From the human T2T-CHM13v2.0 reference genome, Homo sapiens, in assembly GCF_009914755.1 (NCBI RefSeq), contig NC_060938.1: a stretch of 64,000 nt of DNA; one strand, given 5' to 3'. Positions 1 to 14,800 of the stretch are shown here, one piece after another. The notes beneath the pieces were generated by a model. The model did no database searches and had not been told where the DNA came from. It saw only the letters and a list, made by a program, of their open reading frames with translations. The translations under genes were made by a program, and so were the position numbers. Each line of letters opens with the position of its first letter. Position 1 is the stretch's first letter.

Positions 1-329
1 TATGAAATACACCACAATATTATTCTCTGCTACTCTGGTAGAGTCTATATAAAGTACAGTTGTAAGTGAAACAACCCACCTTAGGGAAAACATCAAGAAC
101 ATAAAGGGGAAGATTAATTCAAGGTACATGTTGTGAGTAAAACAGACAAGAATTGGCAACAATTATAGAATAAACAGAGAATAGAAAAGGGAACAAGATC
201 AAAATTAACCAATTTTTCCAGTTTGGATAACTTGAAAATCACTGGTGCCAATAAATAAAACAGGAAACACAGAGAAAGGCAAGTTTATAAATTTAAGAGA
301 ATACATTTTTTGACACTGAGTTATTTATC

Positions 330-600
330 TACTCGATTATTCATATACGCAGTACATACAGATTGAGCATCTACTATGTGGAAGACCCTATAAAAGTATT
401 AAGGGTACAATGTCAATAAAGGTGACATGGTCTTCATCATTTTTGTAGCACTTATAGTCTAGTGAGCTAGAAAAGATTTGTAATTACAAGAAGCATTAAA
501 AATATAGGATGTGTCACAAGAACAAAGGAAGGGTCCCTCAACCAGATTGAGGTGATCAGCAAAGACTTCCTGGATGATCATATAAGCTGAAACCTCAGCC
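330..600 (-). mobile_element. L2 3'-end fragment
   Basis: Degenerate attgagcatctactatgtg...cttatagtctagtg motif of the L2 3' end. Confidence 0.55.
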
Positions 601-614
601 TTATATAAGGAACC

Positions 615-617
<3 letters not shown>

Positions 618-668
<51 letters not shown>

Positions 669-670
669 TC
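618..670. repeat. (TG)n microsatellite, about 21 perfect units
   Basis: Seen directly. Confidence 0.97.
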
Positions 671-1844
671 TGTACGTTTAAAAAAATAATACAGATACAT
701 AACCAAATACCTGTGGAAGAAGTAACATGCCAAATTATGTGAACATATTATGTGTACTTTTAGGGTAAGGTAATTTACAGAAAGACTTTATGTAAGGTAT
801 AAACAATCACATTTATTTTGAAATACATTAAATATAATAAAGTGTACATAAAACAAAAGATCAAAACAGTTTTGAGCTGAACATATGACTTAAGCATGAT
901 CTACATAAAGGGAGTAATTAAAGCTAAAGGGATCTACGGGGCCAAGGACAGAATCGAATGTAACCCTAACATTTACGTGATGATTTCAAGAAACAAAAGA
1001 AATCCATAAAAATGTCTGAGATAGTACAGTTAGAGAAATAATGAGAGAAACTGGATCATACAATGTCAAATAAGCCAATGGAGGAAGAATAGTTACTAAT
1101 ATTGAATGCTTTAGAAAATTAAAAGAGGATGATGGTTACATGACTGAAAAAGATAGTTCAGTTAATTAAGCAACTAATAAAGATACCATGAACTCTGAAA
1201 GAGTTGGATAACCAGGAGTAATAAAATGCTGAGAAAAAAAGAAACTCAGTAGACTACCCTTTCAAAAAATTTTGTTGGTATGTAAAAGGGAGAGAAAGTG
1301 ACCACAGGTATTACCAGAATTAAAGAAAGGATTTAGCTTTTGGTAATTTTGTATAAAATAAGAACTGAACATATTATAAAGCCAAAGAGAAAGATCTCAT
1401 GAAAAAATTTAAAAGATCCAAAAGAATGAGATAAGAATCTGAAAAAGATAAAGGGGGGCATGATAAATGATTCCTAAAAAGAATAGAGAATTCTCATTCT
1501 ATATATGTAGACAAGGATTAAAGGTGAAATTAAATTATAATTTGAAGTATAAAAGGAAGTTGAGGGAGGTCCTTAAAGATGACCTAAATAAACTGTGAAG
1601 CAAGTACATTTACAGAGTATAAATCTGTTGGGGTGAGTTTCTGGGTTGAAAAAGATGAAAAAAGTTTAAAGAGGCACAAAATGTAAAGCTAATCAGAAAT
1701 AAACAAAAGGATAACAGCAACAGAGCTGGCTCAACTGAAAAGATATGTTAGACTGAGTAGCAGAATCAACTGGCCTGATTTCAGTCTTTATCTAAGGATG
1801 CTCAGCAACCCCACAGCAAAAGTACACAAAGTGCAAGACAATAA

Positions 1845-2233
<389 letters not shown>

Positions 2234-2577
2234 AAGATTACACATTTTTAAAGATTCTCAGAAATAGAAACGAGTATCATAAAATTGGGAAAAATAATAA
2301 AATTATTAGTGTATATTGTAAAGCATTCACTGCTACCTTGGAAATGTCATTCATACTTAATTTAAAATAACTTAATTCTGTTAATTTCCCCATATATCCT
2401 TCTCTCCCATGACATCTTAATGTAAAACAGTATTTTATTAACAAATAGCTTTAGGTTTCCGCTTTAAATAGAGGGGCATAAATGAGTGGTTACTTAAAAT
2501 TAAAGTGTTATCATAAAACCTTAATTTCAAATGTTTTAAGTTAATGGACTACTCATTCATATTGTCTCCCTCCACCC

Positions 2578-2860
2578 TTTTTGTTTGTTTTAGAGATAGG
2601 GTCTTGCTCCGTCGGTGAGATCACGCTCACTGCACCCTTAACACCTGGGCTCATGTGATCATCCTATGACAGTCTCCAGAGTAGCTAGGAATACAGGCTC
2701 ACACCACTATGCCCACTAATTTAAAAAAATTTTTTTTTTGTAGAGACAGAGTCTCACTCTGTTGCCCAGGCTGGTCTGAAACTCCTGGTCTCCCACAATC
2801 CTCCTGCCTCTCAGCCTCCCAAAGTGCTGGGATTACAGGCGTGAGCCACTGAGCCCAGCC
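2578..2860 (-). mobile_element. AluJ with internal deletion
   Basis: Diverged dimeric Alu with J-type diagnostic bases. Confidence 0.85.
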
Positions 2861-3819
2861 TATACTGTCTTTTTATGTTGAAAAAATCATATTGTGGGAT
2901 ATCTTCTAGGTAAATTATAAGTAAATAATTCTCTTAAAACTGCAAACACGTACTACTGTTTAGGAGTTTTGACATCAATATAGGTTTTAACATGTAATAA
3001 CTGCAGATTTAGACAGTCCTTTTAAAATGTATGTAATTCAATTTAAGATAAATAAAAGTTCAAATTGCTTGACACTGACTAAACGTCCATTCATAATCTA
3101 GCCCAATGTGATGAACTTTATAAACAAGAATTGGGGAAAGTACTTTCAAAGAAATTTTTTACTTCATAATACAATGTGGTGAAAAGGAGCTTGCAGTGAG
3201 ATAAATCTACACAAAATCTGTCTCTATCAGTTATGTGAAAATATAATATAGATATTTCCAAAATAATACATAAGAAAGCTTTTAGCAAACCCACATCATC
3301 TTCCATAAGTCAACACTAAGGGATGATTTAAGAAATAACTATGTAATTAATAACCACGAAAAATAAAATGTTTTAAGTCACAGATTTTAAGCTTTAATAT
3401 TGAGCCATATACTTAAATTTTAATGTTAAAAATGAAATCAAAAGCATACACAAGTTCTTGTCCTTATAATCCAGGAAGCCACAACTACTACAGTTTTCCT
3501 TTTTCACAACAGTGATTAAACAAATCTCCTCTACTTTATCACATATATCAACAAGCCTACAGATTTATTTTGTCTTATTCTGGCAGAACATTTACAGAGA
3601 TTAAATATCATTTACCAGTAAGACATAGTGATAAAATGCATGATTAGAAAAAAAGTCAAAATTGTTATTATATAATTATTTCAAATATTTTATTAAATCT
3701 ATAACAACTCATTTTTTCTGCTTATGTGGAAAATAAGATAAATGTTTTTAATAATTGAGTACAGAATGAAAAAAACATTAAGTAGTACAGTTAAGCCTAA
3801 GAGATTTAAATTAAAACAG

Positions 3820-4713
3820 ATAAATGAACTCTATCAACCAGAATAATTTTTATGGAGACTAAAATGAGGAAACTCGCAGCTGACAGGCATAAATGTACAG
3901 TATCTCAAAATATTTTACAGGCAAATATTGACCATTTTGATAATACATTTTTAGGTATATAATTTCCTTAAGGTATAATCCTCAAATAGATGAATTATTG
4001 ATTTAGCACAATATTCTAAATGGTTCAATATATACTTATCATCTACAATGTGTGTGTATATATATATATACCACCTGATATGGTATACATTTTAAGCTAA
4101 CTGTGTCTTCTAAGAATGATAGATTTTATTTTTATATAATCTGATGAACAGGTATTATTCAGAACTTTCTTACTCCTCTTGCTTCCTTTTTTATTACTGT
4201 ATATACTTAAGGTGTAAAACATGATGTTTTGATACGCATATACATAGTGAAATGATTATAAATGAACTCTATCAACCAGAATAATTTTTACGGATACTAA
4301 AATGAGGAAACTCCCAGCTGACAGGCATAAATGTACAGTATCTCAAAATATTTTACAGGCAAATATTGACCATTTTGATAATACATTTTTAAGTATATAA
4401 TTTCCTTAAGGTATAATCCTCAAATAGATGAATTATTGATTTAGCACAATATTCTAAATGGTTCAATACATATTTATCATTCACAATGTGTGTGTCTGTG
4501 TGTGTGTATATATATATACACATACCACCTGATAAGGTATACATTTTAAGCTAACTGTGTCTTCTAACAATGATAGATTTTATTTTTATATAATCTAATG
4601 AACAGGTATTATTCAGAACTTTCTTACTCCTCTTGCCTCCTTTTTTTATTATTGTATATACTTAAGGTGTAAAACATGATGTTTTGATACGCATATACAT
4701 AGTGAAATGATTA
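3820..4713. repeat. Tandem duplication: copy 1 3820-4257, copy 2 4258-4713
   Basis: Both copies start ataaatgaactctatcaacc and end agtgaaatgatt(a); about 13 substitutions plus a microsatellite length difference. Confidence 0.97.
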
Positions 4714-5130
4714 CTACAGTCAGATAAATTATCTATCACTTTCCACAGCTACTTTTTTGGTGTGATAAGAGCATGTAAAATCTACTCTCTTAGTACATTT
4801 TAGTATACAACACAATATTAACTATATCCTCATATTGTACATTAGATCTCTAGACTTATTCATACTACATAGCTGCATGTTTGTACCTTTTGACCTACTC
4901 TTCCCATTTCCCCTCCCCACCCTGGTAACCACTATTCTATTCTCCATTTCTAGGTATTCTACATTTTTCTAGATTCCACATACAAATAAGGTCACACAGT
5001 ACCTATCTATCTGTGTCTGGCTTATTTCATTTGGCATAATATACTCCAGATGCATTCATACTATTGCAAACGTCAGCACTGTATCTCCTTTTTTAAGGTT
5101 AAATAACATTCCATGATACATATTCATGCT
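4640..5130 (-). mobile_element. L1MA-type 3' end (L1MA9/10-like)
   Basis: Typical attgtatatacttaaggtgta...gtacattagatctctagacttattcat...gattccacata. Confidence 0.8.
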
Positions 5131-5529
5131 TATTCTTTAAAACTCAATTCCCCTAGGTATAAAAATAATTATGCTACTATAATGGATATATCGATACTGA
5201 TATTTCTTAAATATAAATTTCCTACAGGGTTCCCTATAACACAAAATTAAACATGAATCTAGATTTCCCAGTGAATTATCTTTGAAATTGTAAATAGTTT
5301 GTGAGCTTAGTCTGGTCAACCAAGTAACTAAGACAGGCTACTTTTTTTTGTCATTCACCAGAGTTTTAATACTGAATTCACAGCCAACCATATCTTTATG
5401 TTAATTCTTTACCTGCCTACACATAGCAGAGTGCATTTCTGTAACATTTACTTTTGTTTCTGTTATCTTCTTTTGGCTTGAATATATGGCTTTCCTTTAA
5501 GGCAAGTATCTTAAATATAATCAGAATTG

Positions 5530-6200
5530 TGACAGATTGGATCTGAAGTTCAACAGAAAGAGAGAAGGTAAAGATGACTCAAATATTTCTGTCCTCAGAC
5601 CCTGAAAAGATGAAGCTGCAATTAAGATGGAGAAGACTGAGAGAAGTTGATCTGAGGGGGTCAAGAGAAAGATCAGAATATTTAAAATCATATTTAATTC
5701 TAACATACATATTAGACATAGAAGTGATATAAAGCAGGCAGCTGCATCATCAGTGTAGAGTTCAGATGAAAGGTCCACAATGGACACAAACATTTGGTAG
5801 TCATCAAAGAACAGATGGTTATTTAAATCCATGATACTGGATTGGATCACCAAGGGAGTAACCACGGACAGAAAAAAAGAAGTCCAAGGAAATGAGAAAA
5901 AAAAAAACAGCAAAAGAAATATACGGCTGCAACCAATGAGATAAAGGTGTACCAGAAGCAAAATGAAATGTTTCAAAAAGGAGACAGTGATCACTGTGTC
6001 AAATGCTGCTGATGGTTATATAAAAAGGAGGACTGAGAACTGACCACTGAATAAAAAGTATAGAAGCTACCAGTGACTTTAACATGAGTAGTTTCAGTGA
6101 AAGGTTGGGTCAAAGTCCTAATTGGAATAGCTTCAAAAGAGAAATGAAAAGAGAGGAAATGGAGATAGCACAAGTATGGGCAACAAATTTGAAGAATTTT
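5530..6200 (-). mobile_element. L2 ORF2 fragment
   Basis: Degenerate L2 motifs (tgtgtcaaatgctgctga; gtttcagtg, the reverse complement of the TET-coding region). Confidence 0.7.
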
Positions 6201-6899
6201 ACCGTTAATGCCATAATTACCAGAACAGGAAGTGGGATAAAAAGAAACACATTTTTTTTTTTAAGTGGGAGAAAGAACAGTGTATTTGTAGGTAAAAATA
6301 ATTTCCAGTAGGGCAAGAACTTGATACTGCAGGAAAGTGGAGAAAGAATTGCTAAATGATATCTAAGTAGGTAAGATGGAATGGAATGGAATATAGAAAA
6401 AAAGTAGAGGTAGGCCTTTGCTAGGCACATAGTTTAACAAAATAGTAAAAGTATTCAGATACTCATATACTTAGGTAGGTAGATCTGGTGGTAGGAGCTT
6501 ATGAAATTTTTAGAATTCTCTCAGTGAAATAGAAAATAAGATCATCAAGGAAGATCATGAAAGAGCTTTCAGAATTGGGACTTAATATCATCATATATTG
6601 TGTAGCTTTAATTCCAAAGAAAAGTAAAAAATATTACAAATGAGAAGGAAATCTGGGTTAATGTCAGAGTTCACACTCAAAACCACACCCTAATATTAAT
6701 AAAGACAGTGATAACCTTTAGTCATCCCTAATACAGACTAACACAGATTCATCGTCTATACACTGACAACATATAATTTAACCCTCACTCCAATCAGACT
6801 TCACTGTCATCATCTCTACAGATTTTAAAGATGTAAGAATAAATCCATTACCATAAAGATGAAGTCTATTTAATCATTCTGGAATTAAATGGTCTTTAA

Positions 6900-7252
<353 letters not shown>

Positions 7253-7834
7253 ATCGTATTCTTATATATTCAAAGGTGTACCCTTCCAAATATAAAACTG
7301 AATTTACACTATTACAAATACAAAGATTTTATTTCTTCCACAAAGCAATCTAAGAATCAGTATAATCTTATTAAATTTATTGTCCTCCAGGTCACAGTCA
7401 CGCAAAACAAAAATCATACTTACAGTTAGTTGATCTTGCAATAGTATTACATGAAACTTAAAATATTTAGTATGTAAGTAATATTTAATTTACTATATGA
7501 AGTATCTGAATACAGAATTAAGTTTATACAATAATTAAGACAAAATACAAACAAATCATAAAAAACAATTTTAGCGTAATGGCAATCAAGAATATGTGTA
7601 ATGACTCATGGAAAATACTTGCTAAGGAATGGAAAGGAATAAAAAAAGTGGCCTCTGAAAGATACGTTTAGTAGAATTACACTACTAAAATTTCTTAGAT
7701 CCTTTATGGAGGCTGCAAGAACATGAGTTAAAATATTTAAGACCTTGACAGAGCCAATATCTTAAAACTTAAAAAAATTAAATTACTTTTATTTACTTAT
7801 TTTTTCATAAATAATTATACTGCAAAATTAAATT

Positions 7835-7960
7835 ATTTTTAGAGATGGGGTCTCACTATATTGCCCAGGCTATTCCCAAACTCCTGGGTTCAAGCAATTC
7901 TACCATCTCAGCCTCCCAAGTAGCTGAGATGAAAGGTGTGCACCACTGCACTGCACCAGC
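7835..7960 (-). mobile_element. FLAM / Alu monomer
   Basis: Single diverged left-arm-like monomer. Confidence 0.8.
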
Positions 7961-8959
7961 TAAAAAAATCTTACTAACAGCAAAAAAAAAAGCTTTAAAA
8001 TAAGCCTTATGAATTATCATCTATATTATTAAACATTTAGCTTCATCATTTAATGCATTATGACTTTCATTTTTGCTAGTAGGAAAAAAAATTCAGAAGT
8101 CTTAGTATCCTGAAAAAGATCATGAAAGACAATATTAAATATTCTATATGCCACCTGATTTATTCCTGTTAAATCCCAATTAAGACTCTAATCAATGATT
8201 TTTAATGTTTTGTATTTGCATATACAAGGATGAAGACAGAGGCTAATTAAGTTAATTTTAATGAGTTATAAAACAAATAAATCCATATGTTTCACATGAG
8301 ATTATTATAATTTGCTTTAATATTACAAATTCACATGCCTAGTTTTCTTCTCCACTATATAGGCAAAAACATAAACAAATAAAAAAAGCTCTGCATATCT
8401 TCAGGGGTATTATAGAACACTTATTTAGGCTATGCAACAAAAATACCCACAAAGCTGAGACTGGAAAGACACCTTACAGTATTTAGAAGCTCCATAAACC
8501 CATTAATCAACATAGGTGGTTTGCGGAAAACTCATTCTTATCTATAAAAACGATGATCACTTATAATTACCACTAAAAACAATAACTGCTATTTTAAAAT
8601 AGAATGTTTAAAAATATATAAGAAATTATTTATATTAATTATCTTAAAGGTGTGGGATGAGGATAGGTCAGAGCTTTGGCATTCTATCACCTGCATTTTT
8701 ACAACAATTATGAAAAAAACACTTCAATTGTTAAAAATCCTTATATAAATGTTGTCCTTTTTAGGGCCACATTAATGTAATTTATTCTACATTAAAATCT
8801 CTGCTATAAATTTAGTATTATTAAATGAAACAAGCATAGAAAGGAGGTGAAAAATGATAGGGTCATAATAAGCTTATTATACACCAAATATTTATTATGT
8901 GACATGCTTTTACAGTTTTCCTTTTTAGTACCTAAAGTTATAATTATGAAAGAGGTACA

Positions 8960-9067
8960 GATACTACATTACGCAGATAAAAAACTGGAGGTACAAGAAG
9001 ATTAAATGACTGATTAAAATAGTACACCTAGTAAGTGGCAGAGCTGGGATTCAAACTCTGGTCTGAC
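8960..9067. mobile_element. MIR fragment
   Basis: MIR motif ctagtaagtggcagagctgggattcaaactctggtctgac. Confidence 0.7.
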
Positions 9068-11776
9068 ACCACATGTTCTCTAGAAGTCTTGTATTCGTCG
9101 TACTTCCACAGAGGCGTTAAGAAGTACTGAACTGATGTGATAATTGCTTAATAAACTACATTGTATAATATCCATTGCATATTTTCCTCATAAAATTTTT
9201 TATTAAACTGAGTACTATATCACAGTGATCTGACCAGAGTTTTCTAACCTTAAATCTATAATTCAACAAATCTTGAAAGTAGACATTATATATAATTTAA
9301 AAAGTGAGAAACAAAATCTTACAGGGCCAAATGAAGGCAATTGAATCATTTCATGTAAACAATCTCAAAGTTTACATTTCATGTAAGCAATTTCAAACTA
9401 TCTTAATGACCTAATGTCAATATGAAAATAGGAAAATAGAAAGATATCAAGGTTCTATATATATACACAAGTCTGGTCAGCTGAAAAAATAACTTTTGTA
9501 TGTTTCCATGTTGCTTAGTTATTACTATTTTCCTTTCAATGGCAAAATTTTTGTAGGATTTACATATGAATTGGAAAAAAATGTATAACCTATCAGAAAT
9601 ATTATCTCCCAGTGATGGGCAAATGTGGCAGTTTGATAAATCTTACTTAAATTTTGAATACTCCATTTCTGAACTCAAATTTATACACAATTTGATGCAA
9701 ATACAAAATAACAGAATGCTGTTACACAATAACAGAAAATAAACAGGTTCATTATTAACTTGACATATCACAAATAATTTTACCTTTCACTATCTTATAT
9801 TCTTCATCTGTAAAATGAAGACAAAAACTTCTACCTACACTGATGTTTTAAGAATTAAAATCCTATAGAAATGTAAGGTCTCATTAAGCCATAACTGATC
9901 AACAAGTAACTTTTAGTTGTATAGTCTAAAGAATTTAAAAACAACACAATCCCATTTTCTATTAACTGTGATAGAGTCAGTTTAAATGAAAACATAATGA
10001 AATTCAGAGTCTGGCTTTTTAAAACACAGAAATTGCAAAAGATATAGAATTCAGATAACTGCTAGTTGAAACATTTCCCAAACCCGAAATTGTACTTATT
10101 CTGCATATTTTAAGTAGTCAAAAAATGTTTACATTCTTTACTTATACCTTAAATTTAAATTATCTAAATTATCCTCATTGCAATGCAGTATCTACTTATT
10201 TTTAACGCAATCTCCTGACTGATTTGAAGGTGCTTCAGTAAAACCCTTGGATAAAAGCATAATTTTAAAAATAAAAAATGAATATTATGTCCATGAGAAC
10301 TGGAATATGAATTTAAAGTTGAGCATTCTGTCATAAAAGAACATTATTTATTGCAGTTTGCTTTTTAATGGCTTCACTGCCAAGACTCCATAGAACCTCA
10401 AAGCTTTTCCTATGCACTTTTTTCTAAAAATAAAAATATTGTGAACAATTCTCAATTATGTACTTTACTAAACCATTGCTGGCAATACTAAATATGTTAG
10501 CATTATTATTCCTTAACAAAATATACATAATTACTATTTACATTTATAAACCTATCAAACTATATATGTTTTTTACTTCTCACTAATCTTGACAAACTTC
10601 AGATAATAAGTCAATCAGCCAGATAGATCTTATGCAGATAATTTCAATAGTAAAAAGATTTTTACAGAAATTAAAAAACAGGTTTTGAGTAAAGAGTCCA
10701 TCAGACTTATAAGCCCAGCAGCAGGAGACTATATCATAAAAGTAGCAGCCTTCCACTGTAAAATTACTAATCCTAGTAATACAGTACATTAAACATGCCA
10801 TTTCAGATATATGCCAACCTAAAGTGCCACATATGGCATATCTAGCTCATTATCACAGTTTGGGTGTTCGTATGCAGAGACATTCTAGTTTTTAAACAAG
10901 ATGTCAAATACACCAGCATAGCTGAAAGTGTGATAAAGCTTTGAGAGGAACATACCTTTCCTTAAACAGAATAGGTATACGCTTCAGAACAATTAGTTTA
11001 AAATACTACTGTAAAGAAAGCATGGTTTCAAATTTTCAGTTGAGAAGATAAGCTAAAATACAAAATAGAATATCATTTTAAAGGCAGAAACAGTAAAATA
11101 TGTTAAATTCAAATAAATATTATTTGGAAATAATTCAAAATTTCTTCAAAATTTTTCTCAAAAAGAATTGAATTTGACCTGCAAAAAAACATGTATGCAA
11201 CTCTTAGCTAGATTATTTCTCACTTTATAAACAAATCATGAAATCATACCATAATACAGATATCAATTTTAAGGAAATGGGACTTTTCTTATGCTTCCTT
11301 TTTTATATTGAATTCAACCTTGAGTTACACAACTGGTATTACTGAATTATGAATAGCACTTAAATAAAGATTACACAGTGAATATTTTTATTTTAAATCC
11401 CCATCTGTTGCTTAATGTCACTTCAGCTGTTCAATTTTTTAATGTTTCTCTACACAAGTAGCCAATAATTGCACAAATCAGTATAAAATGCAAGATAGAT
11501 TTTTAATCTCATTTTCTAAATGAAAAAACAGTATCATATTTTTCAGACTTTTAAAAATTCATCTGAATTTGATAAGGGTATTAATTAAGATTGATTCTTA
11601 TGTGAAATACTTATAAATGATGAAAAATCCCGCTTTATCTCAATAATCAACAAAAATTCAAGCAAAAAAATTACATAACAGAGAATCCACTAATAAATAG
11701 TAAGTTTTAATTTTCACTGACATAGCTTAACAATGTTTTGACAATATACCTAACTTTAGCGTTTGAACAGCATCAA

Positions 11777-11779
<3 letters not shown>

Positions 11780-11809
<30 letters not shown>
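11780..11809. repeat. (CA)15 microsatellite; (UG)n in the NOVA1 pre-mRNA
   Basis: Seen directly. Confidence 0.95.
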
Positions 11810-11814
<5 letters not shown>

Positions 11815-14800
11815 TGTATAAATCACTCATGTTTATCCAATTAAAAATAAGTATATATTTTCATATGCTAAGAAAGCAAGAAAGGCCTACATATTGAATG
11901 AATTTAAGAAACAAGAAACATTTCTTCTTGTATATGATCTGAACTGCTATGAATCAAAAGCAAATTAGTTAAAGATCTTCCCCACATATAGCAAAACATT
12001 CTTCATAGAAATCTGTCATTCACTAACTGTCCTCCACCTTTTTTTTCTTCCATACTTGGCACATAACTGGTTAAACACAACTCACATTTCTTAACATCTC
12101 TTTTCTGTATTTCTAGTTGCCCCATCTTTCCCTTTGCCTTTTCCTTTCTAAGTAAATTGGGTCTTTATAAAATTCTATTTCTATTTCCTAAGCAGAAAGC
12201 CAGAATCCAATCGTATACTCAATTATACTTTTGAACAACTGGGCAATCCATCCGCCAGACTATAAGTGTCACTATATTTACATAAATATATATTTTTTAA
12301 TTACAGTACCACTGTCAGTCATTTTACAGACACACAGCAGATGTAGATTTAAAAAATATTCTTGCTAACGAATATATCTAGGAAGAATATTTTTCAGCCA
12401 GTCTTTTCTTCTTTTTCATATGCACTAGATTGTCTCTTACCTGTACAGATATCTATAGTGCCTCCTACCACCACTGACCCCCACACCAACAGCAATATCC
12501 ACTTTTTATCCAATCAATACCAAACTACTTTTAGACCCCTGAATATAACAGAATTTTTGCACATCTTTATGTCTATATATGCCTTAAATGACTTTCCACT
12601 TTTGTTCACCAAGCAAATTAAAATTCAGTCCCCAAAACCCTGTCAGCTCCTCTTCGAAGTCTTCTTCGAAATCTAACCCCTCCTCCCAAGACTCTGACAC
12701 TAACAGAGATAATTTCAACTTCTAGATATAATTCTCCATTATACAGTTATCAAACTTGTAACCTGGTATCCATCTAAGATTTTAGGGCATTGTATACTTA
12801 GTTCTAACCCCAACAAAGCCCACTAATGTTCATAATACTTAAAATCCGTGGCAAAGAAGGGCACGGGGAAACAGACAAGAAACACTATGATATGGTTATT
12901 TTAACCCACTGTTCTCCATTACTTTTTAAAATATAAATAAAATTTACAAAAATGTGGAAGACTAATCACAAGGCATGAAAGAGTGCTATCTATTAAATCT
13001 TAGATGTTTCACTGGTTTACTATGATAAAAATCAAACAATGTATTAATACAAGAAAAACACTCTTATTTCATGTATCTCTTTAAATTGCATATATTTACA
13101 AAGTATGTAAAGACTCCGAAATATCCCAAACTCAATATCTTCCCTAAAATTTTAATTTCAAATAAAGTAACATACTAATACCTTGATATTTAAGTTAGTC
13201 AAACTATAAGCAAATAAGTTCCACTCTACTATACAGCTGGTATTTTTTATTTTTCTTGGCACATTAGAAAAGTAAATTGTCCAGTTTCTCAATGTAACAA
13301 TGTAACCTCCCCCAACAAAGTCACATGTTAACTTCCCCACTATAGTTGGGGAAGAAGATATTAAAATATATTATAAACAAAACACTTAGTAAGCATACTT
13401 CTAATATATCACTTTAATTTGATGGTTAGTACTCAAGAAAAATCATGATTGGTCTTTTTCCTTACTGAACATATGGCCATGTGGCCATAAATAAACTACA
13501 ATGTGATACAGCTATAAAATCTTGTAATATATATATACTTTTAATATACTTTATTAATAACTAATTCTTAAACTCATATTGCTTAAGTTATTTTAAAGGT
13601 GGTCTTCATTTCAGAGGTGGCTTTAACATACTCTCCATAATATTGGATTTCAGTTTCTTTCACACAGGATAGCATGCTAAACAGAACGCAAAATTCCCGT
13701 CATACTCCACTGTACCTAGCCAATACCTACCCTAACACTTCTATGCATTTCTTGTTCATTTAAATTTCTAAATTCATTATTAAAGTAAACTAGAAGTGTA
13801 ATGAAAAACTAAAGATGGACTGCCTTCTATATCCACTGTATTGGTATTCCATGAGCACTTCACAGAAGAAATCTCAAATGGTTCATTCAGTCATTCATTC
13901 ATACATTCATTTAAATTTCCAGTGCCACCTATGATTAAACAATTGCGCTGTATGTTAAACACACAGCAGGCAAGAAGGATGCCATAAATTCCCCCACATC
14001 AGTGGACCTTAATCCAATTACTCAACTGATGTGAGTAAAGACTATCACAAAAGAGTTTTTGTTTTAATTTAACACTGTAGAAGGAAAAGTCTTCAAAATC
14101 ACATTAAGTACTTTTATGATTATATTAGAACATAGTCCTTAAGCCTATAACACAATGAAAATAGTATCAGAATTCTAATTAACTGAGTAGACCAATTTAA
14201 TGAAATGAATAGCCAAAAAGGAGAAAACAGTGATGTTTTCAAATTAATAATTACTGGACAATACAGCTACATTTTTACTACGTTGCCTTACAATTAGCCT
14301 CATGCTTATTTTTTAATCATGGTATTTATCTGTTGAACCAAATGTTATGAATATTCACCCAAATACACTATACTTACAGGAGTTTTTATAAAAGTCATAA
14401 AAACATGAAAAATACATATATTATTAAAATAATTCTTGAAAACAAAATTTAACTTAGCCTACTTTTTTAATAAGTCAATACTCTAACCAAAAATTAAAAT
14501 GTAGAAGTATAGCTAAGGAATGATGAAAGCAAGAAAGAAAAAAAGTACAAATGAAGAAAAATAACAATGCTGCAGAAATCTAATCACCATAAAAACACTG
14601 CCACTTTCAAACAGTATAATTAAGGAAAGAGAGAAAATGACCAGGCTACATGCTCCAGGCAATATAACCTATGATATCCTTTTCTAAAAGAAATTTGTTA
14701 ATGACCAAAGAGCATCCTGCCTATGTTCCTTCAGTGTAGCACATGAACTAAAATAATAATAATAATGGCAAAATAACCACTGGGCCATCATCTCAGTTTT

